A DNA stretch of 64,000 bases from Candidatus Dadabacteria bacterium (GCA_963805855.1 CAWDVW010000002.1:320001-384000), one strand, 5' to 3'; positions 8,922-20,020 are shown, numbered from the stretch's first letter. Notes: generated from the sequence alone by a model not told the origin. A program made the numbers and translations.

Positions 8922-10594
8922 GCAGGATTCCCCTGGTCCCAGAAAACGTCGAACCGCTGCCAGCCATCGGCGAAAGTGAAGGCCTTCTGAGTTGGATTGG
9001 TTCAATAGATCATAAACAGATTGGCATTATGTACATATTAGCCACAATGATCTTCTTCCTCATCGGTGGCACAGAAGCCCTGCTCATGCGTATTCAGCTT
9101 ATCCATCCAAATAACCATTTTCTTTCGCCGCAGGCCTTCAATCAACTGTTTACAATGCATGGCACAACGATGATCTTTTTCGTGGTGATGCCATTCCTTA
9201 TCGGGGTCGGGGTTTATCTCGTACCCCTTATGATTGGCGCGCGGGACATGGCTTTTCCACGACTTAATGCGCTAAGCTTCTGGCTCTTTCTTTTTGGCGG
9301 CCTAATTTTGTATTACAGCTTCTTCACCCAAAGCGGCGCACCTGAGGTGGGCTGGTTTGCGTACGCTCCCTTAAGCGAAAAGCCTTTTTCGTTGAATAAG
9401 GGACCCACATACTGGGCTCTTGGACTACTCGCAACTGGTATAGGCTCCGTGGCCTCTGGTCTTAATAATGTTGTTACAATCCTGACGCTTAGAACGCCGG
9501 GAATGACCATGCGAAGGCTTCCCCTCTTCGTGTGGATGATATTCGTAACTTCATTCCTTTTGATATTCGTAATACCCGTCATAGCGGCCGCATTCGCGAT
9601 GCTTCTGCTTGATCGTTTATTAGGCGCGACCTTTTTTGCTCCAGCTTCAGGTGGATCGGCGATTCTCTACCAGCACTTCTTTTGGGGCTTTGGTCATCCC
9701 GAAGTCTACATCTTGGTACTTCCAGCATTTGCCATAATATCAGAGGTCATTCCTGTTTTTTCTCGGAGGCCAATCTTTGGTTATGAATTTGTGGCGGGTT
9801 CAACTGTAGCCATAGGACTTCTAAGCGTCGCTGTATGGGCACACCACATGTTCGCCGTAGGTCTGGGGAATGTTGTAAATGCCTATTTCTCCATAGCCAG
9901 TATGCTGATTGCAATTCCAACCGGAATTAAAATCCTAAACTGGACTGCAACCATGTGGGGCGGGAAAATTCGCTTTGCCACACCTATGCTCTTCGCCGTG
10001 ACGTTTCTAATAGAATTTGTAATTGGTGGCCTTACCGGTGTCGCCGTTGCTTCCGCTCCTATAGATTGGCAATTGACGGATAGCTACTTCATAGTGGGAC
10101 ACTTCCACTACACGCTGTTCGGCGGAAGCGTTTTTGCTATATTCGCCGGTGTTTACTACTGGTTTCCTAAATTTACAGGCCGTTTGCTCTCGGAATGTAT
10201 AGGAAAGTGGCACTTCTGGCTTACCGTGATAGGTTTTAATCTTACGTTCTTAATTCAGCACCTCCTTGGATTGGTTGGAATGCCAAGACGCGTTTATACA
10301 TATCCGGATCTGCCTTATTGGGGAACCATGAATTTAATATCCACTATTGGCGCGATCGTACTCGCAATATCTGTGATTGTATTCTTATGGAATGTAATTA
10401 TCAGTCTTCGCCGCGGTAAACCTGCAGGAGATAATCCATGGAACGCATGGACGCTCGAATGGGCGACCACATCACCTCCTCCAGTGTATGATTTTGATCT
10501 TGTTCCACCGGTACGGGGAAGGCGTCCACTCTGGGACCTTGCTCACCCCGATATGCCAGACGAGAAACAAACCGAGAACAGAGGAGGTTCATGA
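8918..10594 (+). CDS. ctaD: Cytochrome c oxidase subunit I (A1 type)
   Basis: DHKQIG, TMHGTTM, FGHPEVY, WAHHMF, HFHY, GMPRR. Confidence 0.97.
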   Translation: MSRIPLVPENVEPLPAIGESEGLLSWIGSIDHKQIGIMYILATMIFFLIGGTEALLMRIQLIHPNNHFLSPQAFNQLFTMHGTTMIFFVVMPFLIGVGVYLVPLMIGARDMAFPRLNALSFWLFLFGGLILYYSFFTQSGAPEVGWFAYAPLSEKPFSLNKGPTYWALGLLATGIGSVASGLNNVVTILTLRTPGMTMRRLPLFVWMIFVTSFLLIFVIPVIAAAFAMLLLDRLLGATFFAPASGGSAILYQHFFWGFGHPEVYILVLPAFAIISEVIPVFSRRPIFGYEFVAGSTVAIGLLSVAVWAHHMFAVGLGNVVNAYFSIASMLIAIPTGIKILNWTATMWGGKIRFATPMLFAVTFLIEFVIGGLTGVAVASAPIDWQLTDSYFIVGHFHYTLFGGSVFAIFAGVYYWFPKFTGRLLSECIGKWHFWLTVIGFNLTFLIQHLLGLVGMPRRVYTYPDLPYWGTMNLISTIGAIVLAISVIVFLWNVIISLRRGKPAGDNPWNAWTLEWATTSPPPVYDFDLVPPVRGRRPLWDLAHPDMPDEKQTENRGGS

Positions 10595-10598
10595 TTGA

Positions 10599-11153
10599 AT
10601 GGCAAACAATAGAATGCTTATAGGGTTCTTCGTTGCTTCTGAATCAATATTCTTTGTTATGCTGATACTTGCCTACATAAATTTCCATGTTCATGGTCCT
10701 TTTGACGGTCCATCAGCGAGGACCAGTCTGAATCCGATCACCACCGGGATATTCAGCCTCTTTCTCCTGGCCAGCAGCTTTACCATATGGCTTGCCGGAC
10801 GAAGTCTAAAGAAGAAAAACCACTTTATGCTAAAGTTTTGGATACTCGTTACGATTCTTCTCGGTGCAACTTTCATCTTTGGTCAGGGCTTAGAGTGGTT
10901 TGGTCTGATAAAGAAAGGTATATGGTTACCGCGGAATGTATTTGCCACAACCTTTTTTACACTGACCGGTTTCCATGGTTTTCATGTGTGTGCGGGCCTC
11001 ATTATGCTATCAACTCTTCTGGGCCTGGCCCTTGCGGGCGATTTCAAAGGGCCAAGATCAGAGGGTGTTGAGGTCGTATCAATTTACTGGCACTTCGTAG
11101 ACGGAGTTTGGATCGTGGTCTTTTCAGTTATATATCTATGGGCATTTTTATGA
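10599..11153 (+). CDS. ctaE: Cytochrome c oxidase subunit III
   Basis: FVASESIFF, LTGFHGFHV, YWHFVD. Confidence 0.93.
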   Translation: MANNRMLIGFFVASESIFFVMLILAYINFHVHGPFDGPSARTSLNPITTGIFSLFLLASSFTIWLAGRSLKKKNHFMLKFWILVTILLGATFIFGQGLEWFGLIKKGIWLPRNVFATTFFTLTGFHGFHVCAGLIMLSTLLGLALAGDFKGPRSEGVEVVSIYWHFVDGVWIVVFSVIYLWAFL

Positions 11154-11205
11154 CAAGACAGAAATTGATTCTGAATAAATCATAAATGTATAAAGGGATC
11201 TTATT

Positions 11206-12060
11206 ATGACAATATTTCAAATATTAACCTCGACATGGCATTTTGAACCATGGGTTCTAGCCGCGAGTATATTGCTTATCGTCGGATATGCTTACGCCAC
11301 GCGCGCCCAATTTAGTAAATATACGATCATATTCCTAACCGGTGTAACCGTTTTCTTCGTGACACTAATCTCACCGCTGAGCATGCTGGGAAAGACGTAT
11401 CTATTTAGCGCGAATATGGTACAGCATATAGCGCTTTTACTGATTGTCCCCTTATTACTGCTTCTTGGTATCCCGCCCTCCTTAATCGAAAGGCTTTCGG
11501 CTCGGTCAGCCTTAATGAAGCTAACGGGAACCCTAGGGCATCCATTAGTTGCCTGGTTCTTTGGAGTAGGCGCGATGTGGGTCTGGCACCTACCCTCACT
11601 ACACGATGCCGTGTTGAGAAATGAAAGTTTATACATAGTGCAGCAGATTAGTTTCATTATTTTTGGGGCAATCTTCTGGTGGCCGGTCTTTGCTCCGATA
11701 AATCGGGCGAGATTATCACCGCTTAAATCAACATTATATCTTGCATCGGCATGCCTCGCGTGCTCAATTCTTGGAATCTTTATCACATTCGCTTCTGTTG
11801 GCCTTTACCCCGCATATCTTAACCCGGTTGACACATATGGAATCCTATCACTTCTGAGAAACGATCTATGCATCACACCCGGGGTGGATCAGCAGATTGG
11901 AGGACTTACCATGTGGGTACCAGGCTGTCTGATATACCTTTTTGCGAGCATGCTAACACTTGCAAGATGGTACAGGAATCCCGAAGACGAAGATTTCATT
12001 GAACAAGCATTGAAAAATGACACTTTAATTCACGCTACTCCTAAGAGGAGAGATTACTGA
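11206..12060 (+). CDS. ctaG: caa3-type oxidase assembly factor CtaG
   Basis: LFSANMVQH, MWVWHLP, FWWP, DQQIGGLTMWVPG. Confidence 0.88.
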   Translation: MTIFQILTSTWHFEPWVLAASILLIVGYAYATRAQFSKYTIIFLTGVTVFFVTLISPLSMLGKTYLFSANMVQHIALLLIVPLLLLLGIPPSLIERLSARSALMKLTGTLGHPLVAWFFGVGAMWVWHLPSLHDAVLRNESLYIVQQISFIIFGAIFWWPVFAPINRARLSPLKSTLYLASACLACSILGIFITFASVGLYPAYLNPVDTYGILSLLRNDLCITPGVDQQIGGLTMWVPGCLIYLFASMLTLARWYRNPEDEDFIEQALKNDTLIHATPKRRDY

Positions 12061-12107
12061 TAAGGATTAAGTATGGCTGAAGAATTAAATAACAGGGACG
12101 GTAGCAA

Positions 12108-12410
12108 TTGATGAGCGATAATAGACAGATACCGAGTGAGTTTCAGTCTCCTGTGAAAAGTAAACAATACACTTCTGAATTAACTGAAGGTTGGAATAAG
12201 CCAAAGCCAGAAGTGTTACCGAAGCCAGGTTACTGGCCATTTTTGCTGGCTCTTGGTCTTGCTTTTATTTTATGGGGCCTGGCGGTTGGATTCAATGAGG
12301 TATTCAGCACCATCATAATAGTTTCCGGCCTGGGTCTTATTCTGTTCATAGTAGCCCTTGCCGGATGGATAGGAGATCTAAGAGATGAGCGAAAACATGA
12401 AAACGAGTGA
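12108..12410 (+). CDS. Small 2-TM protein, probable oxidase subunit IV-like
   Basis: P.PGYWPFLLALG...ALAGWI; operon position. Confidence 0.6.
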   Translation: MMSDNRQIPSEFQSPVKSKQYTSELTEGWNKPKPEVLPKPGYWPFLLALGLAFILWGLAVGFNEVFSTIIIVSGLGLILFIVALAGWIGDLRDERKHENE

Positions 12411-12891
12411 ATGTAGCCGCAGGCACTTCTTCACGAAACTAAGTGTAACTCTTGCAGGCATAGCTGGGGCCTTTGTTGCAATCCCAGTTATTGGCTCATT
12501 TATCGCTCCTCTCTTCAAAAGACCGGCCCCAGTTTGGAGACCGGTTGGGGATATAAACAGCTTTAAGGTTGGACAGTTTGTGAAAGTAAACTTCGAGGAC
12601 GACTCACCATTACCCTGGGCAGGTGTAACAGCAGAGACCGCTGCCTGGATAAGACGCGATGATCAGGATAATTTCACAGTATTCTCAGTGAATTGTGCTC
12701 ACCTGGGTTGCCCGGTCAGATGGGTGCCGGGAGCAAAATTATTTATGTGCCCGTGTCACGGCGGAGTATATTACGAGGACGGCTCAGTCGCCGCCGGCCC
12801 ACCACCAAGGGGCTTATACTCATATCCCGCAAGAACAAATAAGGGGCAGGTTGAGATCCTCGCGAGTCCAATTCCGATTACAACGGTGTAA
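12385..12891 (+). CDS. qcrA: Rieske 2Fe-2S subunit of a menaquinol:cytochrome c reductase
   Basis: Tat motif SRRHFF, CAHLGC and CPCHGG. Confidence 0.92.
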   Translation: MSENMKTSECSRRHFFTKLSVTLAGIAGAFVAIPVIGSFIAPLFKRPAPVWRPVGDINSFKVGQFVKVNFEDDSPLPWAGVTAETAAWIRRDDQDNFTVFSVNCAHLGCPVRWVPGAKLFMCPCHGGVYYEDGSVAAGPPPRGLYSYPARTNKGQVEILASPIPITTV

Positions 12892-12949
12892 ATGATAATA
12901 GATCAATCCGGTGACTAGATTCGATAAGAGCATAAAGTAATACGTACGA

Positions 12950-13080
12950 GAGATATGATCCATGATACAAGATCCAAGATACACGATGAAGAATGAGAAT
13001 AGATCAGTAATCATGTATCGTGCATCCTGCATCGTGGATCACGCATCATGTATCGTGCATCCTGCATCGTGCACCGTGCA
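12950..13080. repeat. GATRCAn/TGYATCn heptamer inverted-repeat element inside the qcr operon
   Basis: gatacaa-gatccaa-gatacac arm, then tgtatcg-tgcatcc-tgcatcg arm (tandemly duplicated); same family at 61178-61315. Confidence 0.8.
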
Positions 13081-13105
13081 CAGATAGCATCTTGGAGCGA
13101 GAAGT

Positions 13106-14515
13106 ATGTTATCCCTGAAAAGAGCTTGGACATGGTTTGATGACCGCACCGGGGTTTCAACGGTGTTTGATACCCTTATGCCCGGTCACATCGTTCCATC
13201 CAGCTCCGCATCCTGGTTTTATGTCTTTGGAAGCGCTACCCTTTTCGCATTTATCATACAGGTGGTAACAGGTGTAACCCTGGCATTCATGTATGTCCCA
13301 GCTGCCGGCGAGGCATATCAGAGCCTCCAATACATTACCGATCAAACGCTCTTCGGCAGGATCGTCCGGGGTATGCACAATTGGGGCGCCTCCGCGATGA
13401 TCCTTCTGGTTGGAATTCATATGATCAGGGTATATCTGACGGCAGCCTACAAATTTCCACGCGAAATGCACTGGATTAGTGGAGTAGTGCTTCTGGCTTT
13501 GACAGTTGTCATGGGCTTTACCGGCCAAGTGGTTAGGTGGGATCAAACTGCTGTTTGGTCGACGATAGTTGCGGCAGAGCAGGCCGGGAGAATTCCGTTT
13601 ATCGGCAGATGGGTTGCAGACTTTCTCATCGGTGGGCAGACAATTGGAGGCGCAACCCTGAGCAGGATGTTCGCCTATCACGTATTCCTTATTCCCGGAT
13701 TACTGTTTATCTTCATAGGGTTCCATCTCTATCTGGTTTTTAAGAATGGAATTTCCGAAATGCCAAGAGCAGGAGATCCTGTAGACCCAAAAACCTATAG
13801 ACAGGAATACGAAGAAAAGATTAAGAAAGATGGTGTACCTTTTTGGCCGGATGCTGCCTGGAGGGATATGGTATTCAGTTTCTGTGTTATTACCATTATT
13901 CTCCTTATCGCTATCATAATTGGGCCACCTGCCCTGGATGCTCCACCAAATCCATCCAATATAGATGCACTACCAGTGCCGGATTGGTACTTTGTTTTCT
14001 ACTTTGCATTCCTTGCCCTTTCACCGCCTGAAATCGAATCATACTTAATGATTGGGGGACCTCTCATCATAGGACTTCTATTATTCTTTTTGCCGTTTAT
14101 ATCGAATCACGGGGAGAGAAGTCCACTCCGCCGTCCATGGGCAATCGCGATTGTCGTATTATTTGTAGGTTCACTTTCAGGACTTTGGGCTATTGGGATT
14201 ACCTCGCCCTGGTCTCCACATTTTAAGGCAGAACCGCTGACAGTTGAGATAATCGGTGCGTCCAGCGGGCCAATCTACAGGGGCGGAGAACACTTCAATG
14301 AAAAGGGTTGCCTCTATTGTCATAAAATCTCAGGACATGGTGGAGAGAGAGGACCGGACCTAACATACATCGGAGATAAGCTTTCAGCCAATGAGCTTAC
14401 CTGGAGAATAATGAATGGAGGCCTAAACATGCCCGGATTCGGTGGGACTCTTACGAGTGAAGAGCTATCCGATCTTGTGGTTTTCCTTAAGAGTAGAACG
14501 CATAATCATCCATAG
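13106..14515 (+). CDS. qcrB: Cytochrome b + subunit IV + cytochrome c fusion
   Basis: RGMHNWGA..MILLVGIHM, WISGV, GVPFWPD, PDWYF, C-terminal CLYCH and MPGFG. Confidence 0.92.
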   Translation: MLSLKRAWTWFDDRTGVSTVFDTLMPGHIVPSSSASWFYVFGSATLFAFIIQVVTGVTLAFMYVPAAGEAYQSLQYITDQTLFGRIVRGMHNWGASAMILLVGIHMIRVYLTAAYKFPREMHWISGVVLLALTVVMGFTGQVVRWDQTAVWSTIVAAEQAGRIPFIGRWVADFLIGGQTIGGATLSRMFAYHVFLIPGLLFIFIGFHLYLVFKNGISEMPRAGDPVDPKTYRQEYEEKIKKDGVPFWPDAAWRDMVFSFCVITIILLIAIIIGPPALDAPPNPSNIDALPVPDWYFVFYFAFLALSPPEIESYLMIGGPLIIGLLLFFLPFISNHGERSPLRRPWAIAIVVLFVGSLSGLWAIGITSPWSPHFKAEPLTVEIIGASSGPIYRGGEHFNEKGCLYCHKISGHGGERGPDLTYIGDKLSANELTWRIMNGGLNMPGFGGTLTSEELSDLVVFLKSRTHNHP

Positions 14516-14603
14516 GATATTCTCAGTCGACGGATCTTGCTTGACAATTAGATTTCCAAAACAATCGATTCAACTTTTTTGACTAAAAAAACAGTCTCTT
14601 GGA

Positions 14604-14770
14604 TGATTGCGAGCGTTAGCGAAGCAATTTCCCGCTCCATTGGCAGAGCCTGCCAATCAATTTTATGTATCGAAATGTAGGGAACGCAGATATGCGTTCC
14701 GTACTATTGCGTTCACGTAGCAGATTGCTTCGCTGGGCCTGAACTTAGCAAGTCGGGGCACAAACGACAA
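14604..14770. repeat. Nested REP-like palindromes (GCGAAGCAAT...AGATTGCTTCG family enclosing a GTAG-type hairpin)
   Basis: Related copies at 4789-4845 and 38681-38800. Confidence 0.65.
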
Positions 14771-14915
14771 AGTACCGGTAATACGTCATCCTAACATGTC
14801 TTATCTTAATAAACAGACCAAATCCATGATTCCCCGATTATGCTGGAAATCGTGCACACAACTTTGTATACTACCCCGAGTCAAACAGAAACTTTTAACA
14901 CCTAAGTAAGTCTGT

Positions 14916-16154
14916 ATGAGTCCTTTCACAGTCTTTGCGATACTGATAACACTTACGGCAGTCTTCAGCTTTATAAATGAAAGATACATAAGGCTCCCTA
15001 CTACCATCGGAGTTATGGTTGCCTCCTTGGCATCCTCAATTTTCATAATCCTGCTCGGCGCGTTCGGTTTCGGAAGCATTGATTGGGCCAAGGACCTGGT
15101 AGAAAGGGTCGACTTTGACGCACTCCTGATGAAGGGGATGCTTAGTTATTTGTTATTTGCCGGTGCATTAAACGTCGATCTAACCGATCTTCTCAAACAT
15201 AAATGGAGTATTTCCTATCTTGTCACCATTGGCATGGTACTATCAACACTTATAACTGGGCTTGCCATCTGGTGGGTTCTTGCCTTAGTTGGCTATGAAT
15301 TATCGTACGCATACGCGCTGCTCCTCGGAGCATTAATCTCCCCAACCGATGCCGTCGCAGTTTTAGGTATATTAAAAAAGACAAAGGCAAGCAAGGCGCT
15401 CAAAACCGTCATTACCGGGGAGTCGTTATTCAACGATGCAGTGGCCGTAGTTCTATTTTTAGCAATAATGGCTATGGCGCTGAGCGGACGGTCCATTCAA
15501 AGCTTCCAATTTGGTGAGTTTTTTCTGAAAGAGGCAATCGGAGGGGGCCTACTCGGCCTTATTCTTGGTTATGCAAGCTATAAACTTATCAACAAAATTG
15601 ATAACTACATCGTAATAGTTCTCATTACTCTCTCGGTGGTTTCAGGAGGTTATACTCTGGCACAATTATTGGACATTTCTGGTCCACTTTCGATGGTTAT
15701 TGCAGGACTGTTTTTGTCATATCGACGAAGTGTATTCACACATTCGCTGAAGACCCATGAAACGGTTGGAAACTTCTGGGAGTTAGTTGACGAAATACTG
15801 AACGCTGTACTTTTCGTTCTAATTGGATTGGAAATTCTGATATTAGATATTGAGGGGCCATTCGTTGTTGCAGGAATTATTGCTATTCCTGTAATCATTT
15901 TCACTCGATCTTTAAGCGTAGGTCTACCGGTTGTAATATTTCAAATCTTTAAAAAAATTAAGCCGCTTGATGCAATAATAATGACATGGGGAGGACTCAG
16001 AGGCGGGGTGTCTATTGCACTTGCCCTTTCGGTGCCGGATTCAAGGGAGAGGGATCTGATCCTGGTTGTAACCTATGTGGTGGTGGTATTCTCGATTCTG
16101 GTACAAGGTCTTAGCCTTGAAAGATTAGTTAGCTGGGCCGAAGCCCGGAAGTAG
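14916..16154 (+). CDS. CPA1 (NhaP-type) Na+/H+ antiporter
   Basis: ISPTDAVAV, GESLFND, WGGLRGG, SILVQGL. Confidence 0.92.
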   Translation: MSPFTVFAILITLTAVFSFINERYIRLPTTIGVMVASLASSIFIILLGAFGFGSIDWAKDLVERVDFDALLMKGMLSYLLFAGALNVDLTDLLKHKWSISYLVTIGMVLSTLITGLAIWWVLALVGYELSYAYALLLGALISPTDAVAVLGILKKTKASKALKTVITGESLFNDAVAVVLFLAIMAMALSGRSIQSFQFGEFFLKEAIGGGLLGLILGYASYKLINKIDNYIVIVLITLSVVSGGYTLAQLLDISGPLSMVIAGLFLSYRRSVFTHSLKTHETVGNFWELVDEILNAVLFVLIGLEILILDIEGPFVVAGIIAIPVIIFTRSLSVGLPVVIFQIFKKIKPLDAIIMTWGGLRGGVSIALALSVPDSRERDLILVVTYVVVVFSILVQGLSLERLVSWAEARK

Positions 16155-16401
16155 GGTTACTTTTTGTTGATGCTGTGAGTGTTAGAGATTTCGGGGACAA
16201 AACTTTTACAATTTAAAGTGGTATTGACAAAGAGTTTATAAGTAGAAAGAAGTTATCAAAACTATTAAGACAGTATGCCATCTAGGACTGACCCCGCTTT
16301 TTTTAAATTATCGATTTTTAGGCTGTTTATATCCACTAAAAAACATACTATAATTTGGCTACCGGGGACACCAAGTCGAAGTAAAGCGATGCACCCCTTT
16401 T

Positions 16402-19269
16402 TTGGGCACACACAGATATCGAACTTTGGAGGTTATGATGATGAACACTGCTGTGTCAACCAAAGCGCTGGTACGAGCTCTCGAGCGATTCGTGCCGAAG
16501 GATCGAGTACACATCGACGATCTTACGCTGACGGTCTATTCCCGGGCCGCGGATTTCTTCGAGTACCGGCCACAAGCAGTGGTCAAAGCCCGCACCGAGG
16601 AAGAGGTGCGCGGGGTTTTACGCGTGGCGAGCGAGTACAAGGTGCCTATAACCTTCCGTGCCGGGGGAACAAGCCTCTCCGGCCAGGTACTGGGGAAGGG
16701 AATCATTTGCGACATCAGCACCGGATTCCAGGGCATTCAGCCCCGTGATGACGCAAAGTTAGTGTGGATTCAGCCTGGACCCACTGGCGACATGGTCGAT
16801 CGCGTCCTTAAACCTCTTGGAAAACGAATTGGCCCTGATCCGGCTTCATTACGTGCAGCCCGCATAGGCGGCATGATCTCAAACAACTCATCGGGTATGA
16901 CCTGCGGCGTAAAATATAACGCATACCACACCCTTCACTCGATGCGGGTTATGATGATTGATGGCAACATCTACGACTCGGGGATTGAATCGGACCATGA
17001 ACGGTTTCAAAACGAACAGGAAAACCTAGCAAAAGGTCTGATTGAGCTACGCAACGAGGTTCTTAATAATGATGAATTGGTAACAAAAATTCGCAAGAAG
17101 TTCTCGATCAAGTGCGTGACAGGCTACGGCATTAACGCCCTTGTAGACTACGAGCGGCCTCTGGACATCTTTGTCCACCTGATGGTAGGGGCCGAGGGAA
17201 CCCTCGGGTTCCTCTGCGATGTCGTTCTGGAAACACTTCCACTGGACCCGGCGCGTTCTACATCATTACTCCTATTTAAAGATGTTTCTAAATGTGCTGC
17301 TGCTGTACCAATAATTGAAGAAATGGGGGCTCAGGCCCTCGAGTTTATGGATGATCCCTCGCTTCAGGCGATGCACACTGTGTCAAATCTGCCTGATTTC
17401 GTTTACACCCATCCTGAAGGTTCGTGCGCACTGCTCATCGATTTCTGGCGTGAAACTGATGAAGAGGTAGACAAGGTTGTAACTGCTGTGGAACCAAAAA
17501 TACGAAAAGTCGATGGTCTCATTAAAATGTCACCATTTACAAGAAGACCAGACGAACACCGAACGCTATGGGAATCCCGATCCAATCTCTTGGGACTGGT
17601 TGCTAGTAATGTAAACCCAGGAGAAACGACTGTGGTCGAAGACATGGCTGTGCCACTCGATGAACTGGTACCATTCGTTGAGGGCCTCGAGGCAAACTTC
17701 GAAAAACACGGATTAAAAGGCTACATCAATGGTCATGCCAGTGCCGGAAATCTGCACTTTATGATTAACGAAAACTTCAACGACGAAAAATCAATTGCTC
17801 AATACGACGCCTTCATCCGGGATGTAGTGTCATTAATAACCGATAAGCTCCATGGGTCCCTTAAAGCTGAGCATGGCACAGGCCGCGCTATTGCTCCCTT
17901 CGTGGAACGAGAATGGGGTTCTGATGCCTACAGCATAATGAAGAGAATCAAGAATCTCGCAGACCCGGAAGGTTTATTAAACCCGGATGTCATCATAAGT
18001 GATGATCCAAACATCCACTGTGAAAATTTCAAACCGAGACCACAGGTCTGGCGCGGTATCGACGAATGCATGGAATGCGGCTTCTGCGAGCATGTGTGCC
18101 CGAGCCGGCTCGCCGCACTCACACCAAGACAACGCATTCAGGCATCCAGAATGCACGCTTATTATATAGAAAAGGGTAAGACCAGGGAGGCTGAAAAACT
18201 CTGGAGCGATTATCAGTATGCTGGTATAGATATGTGTGCAGCAGACGGTATGTGCCATACACAGTGTCCCGTAAACATTAACACAGGTGTTTATACCGAT
18301 TATTTGCGCCAACAAAACGCGAGCTATGTCGAAAAGGGACTTGCCACCTTTCTTGCAGAGCACTTTGGAGTGGTCGAAGAGGCTCTCAGGGGTGCGATGG
18401 ATGTCGGAACACTAGCCGACCGTGTGGGGCATGGTACCGAACGCCTCACGAAGGCACTTCGTCATCTCGTTCCGTCCGCTCCCGTCTGGTCAGACGCGAT
18501 GGGGAAAGCACCTCCACCAGTTGTGAACGAAACTGATTCCCCGGACTTCATCTATTACCCTGCATGCGTCTCACGTATCATGGGCTCCTCGACTGCCGGG
18601 AAGAAATCGGTCGCAGAAACGGTGCTCAAGATCGGAAGGCGGGCTGGGGTTGACCTGCTGCTTGCGAAGGACGTGACGGGGACATGCTGCAGCCAGATCT
18701 GGGAGCACAAGGGGTTCGAGACCGGTCGCGCGGTTATGGCGAACCGCATCGTTGAGCGAATGTGGGGCTGGTCAAAAGGCGGACGCATACCGATCATCTG
18801 CGACGTGAGCACCTGCACACTGACGCTCACGACAGAACTTTCCGAAGCCATCGGTGACGAGAACAAACATCGTTATTCGAAACTCCGCATTCTCGATGTG
18901 AATGACTGGCTCAAGGACGACGTGCTTCCGAAGCTCAAGGTCCGTTCAAAGAAAAACTCAGTCGTGCTCCACCCCACCTGTGGCTGCGTACAGATCGGCA
19001 GCGACATCCCCATGCGCGAGGTGGCTGAGGTCTGTGCCGAAAAGGTCACCCTGCCACTAAACTGGGGATGCTGCGGGGTTGCCGGAGACCGCGGATTCCT
19101 CCATCCCGAACTAAGCGACGGAGCGCAGCACTTCGAACTCGAAGAGGTCGCGCGCGAAGACTATGACGGTTACTACTCCGTGGCGCGGACATGTGAGATA
19201 GGCCTCAGCCAGCGCTCTGGCAAGAATTACGAGTCGATCGTGTACCTTGTGGAAGAAGCAACGCGGTGA
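16402..19269 (+). CDS. FAD-binding, Fe-S D-lactate dehydrogenase-like oxidoreductase (Dld-II type); start may be ~16435
   Basis: FRAGGTSLSGQ, IGPDPAS, GAEGTLG, GHASAGNLHF, LKAEHGTG, CMECGFCEHVCP, CCG domains. Confidence 0.88.
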   Translation: MGTHRYRTLEVMMMNTAVSTKALVRALERFVPKDRVHIDDLTLTVYSRAADFFEYRPQAVVKARTEEEVRGVLRVASEYKVPITFRAGGTSLSGQVLGKGIICDISTGFQGIQPRDDAKLVWIQPGPTGDMVDRVLKPLGKRIGPDPASLRAARIGGMISNNSSGMTCGVKYNAYHTLHSMRVMMIDGNIYDSGIESDHERFQNEQENLAKGLIELRNEVLNNDELVTKIRKKFSIKCVTGYGINALVDYERPLDIFVHLMVGAEGTLGFLCDVVLETLPLDPARSTSLLLFKDVSKCAAAVPIIEEMGAQALEFMDDPSLQAMHTVSNLPDFVYTHPEGSCALLIDFWRETDEEVDKVVTAVEPKIRKVDGLIKMSPFTRRPDEHRTLWESRSNLLGLVASNVNPGETTVVEDMAVPLDELVPFVEGLEANFEKHGLKGYINGHASAGNLHFMINENFNDEKSIAQYDAFIRDVVSLITDKLHGSLKAEHGTGRAIAPFVEREWGSDAYSIMKRIKNLADPEGLLNPDVIISDDPNIHCENFKPRPQVWRGIDECMECGFCEHVCPSRLAALTPRQRIQASRMHAYYIEKGKTREAEKLWSDYQYAGIDMCAADGMCHTQCPVNINTGVYTDYLRQQNASYVEKGLATFLAEHFGVVEEALRGAMDVGTLADRVGHGTERLTKALRHLVPSAPVWSDAMGKAPPPVVNETDSPDFIYYPACVSRIMGSSTAGKKSVAETVLKIGRRAGVDLLLAKDVTGTCCSQIWEHKGFETGRAVMANRIVERMWGWSKGGRIPIICDVSTCTLTLTTELSEAIGDENKHRYSKLRILDVNDWLKDDVLPKLKVRSKKNSVVLHPTCGCVQIGSDIPMREVAEVCAEKVTLPLNWGCCGVAGDRGFLHPELSDGAQHFELEEVAREDYDGYYSVARTCEIGLSQRSGKNYESIVYLVEEATR

Positions 19270-19492
19270 GCGACTTCGGGAAGCAAAACCTCGCGTGAAC
19301 GATGTATTCTAGTTAGTGCATGAGCGCTAATCCGTAACTCTAAATAATTGAAACGTAATTTACTTGACAAGATATTATCTTATGGGACAATAGAAGCCGA
19401 AAAGCTCAATGCATAAAATGAGATTATCGTTACTCTGAGCTTTCTACATGTGGTTCCAGTTAACCCAAGTCCTTAACGTGGAGGAGTAAACA

Positions 19493-20020
19493 ATGAGCTA
19501 CTTTAAGAATGTGTTCTGCTGCGTTGCGATTGTACTAGTAATGGCCAGTGCGCTGCTGGGGTGCGCGACGAGCCAACCACCGCCTCCTCAACCCCCGTCC
19601 GGAAAAATTGGTGAAATATCAAAATTCGATATAACAATCGCATCTCCGGATGAAATCGCTAACGCACTTCAGAGGGACGGACGTGTCGTGATCAGCGGTG
19701 GCATCCTCTTCGAGACCGACAGCGCCAAGCTTTCGCCGAGCGCGGAGAACGTGGTCACGCGGATTTCGGACACGATGAAGCAGAATCCCAACCTCAAGGT
19801 CGCAGTGGTTGGGCATACCGACAGCACAGGTGATTTCAATTACAATATCAAGCTCTCAGAGCGGCGGGCCAAGGCCATTGTCCAGGCCCTTGTCAAGGAT
19901 GGCGTCGCGGCGGACCGATTAGCCGCGGTGGGTGTCGGGCCACTGAGCCCCGTTGCGACGAACGATACCGCCGAGGGGCGGGCTCAGAACCGGCGTGTGG
20001 AGCTCGTCCTGATCCGCTGA
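19493..20020 (+). CDS. OmpA-family lipoprotein
   Basis: Lipobox LLGC, VGHTD, LSERRAKA, NRRVE; GGAGGAG RBS; TTGACA at 19364. Confidence 0.92.
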   Translation: MSYFKNVFCCVAIVLVMASALLGCATSQPPPPQPPSGKIGEISKFDITIASPDEIANALQRDGRVVISGGILFETDSAKLSPSAENVVTRISDTMKQNPNLKVAVVGHTDSTGDFNYNIKLSERRAKAIVQALVKDGVAADRLAAVGVGPLSPVATNDTAEGRAQNRRVELVLIR

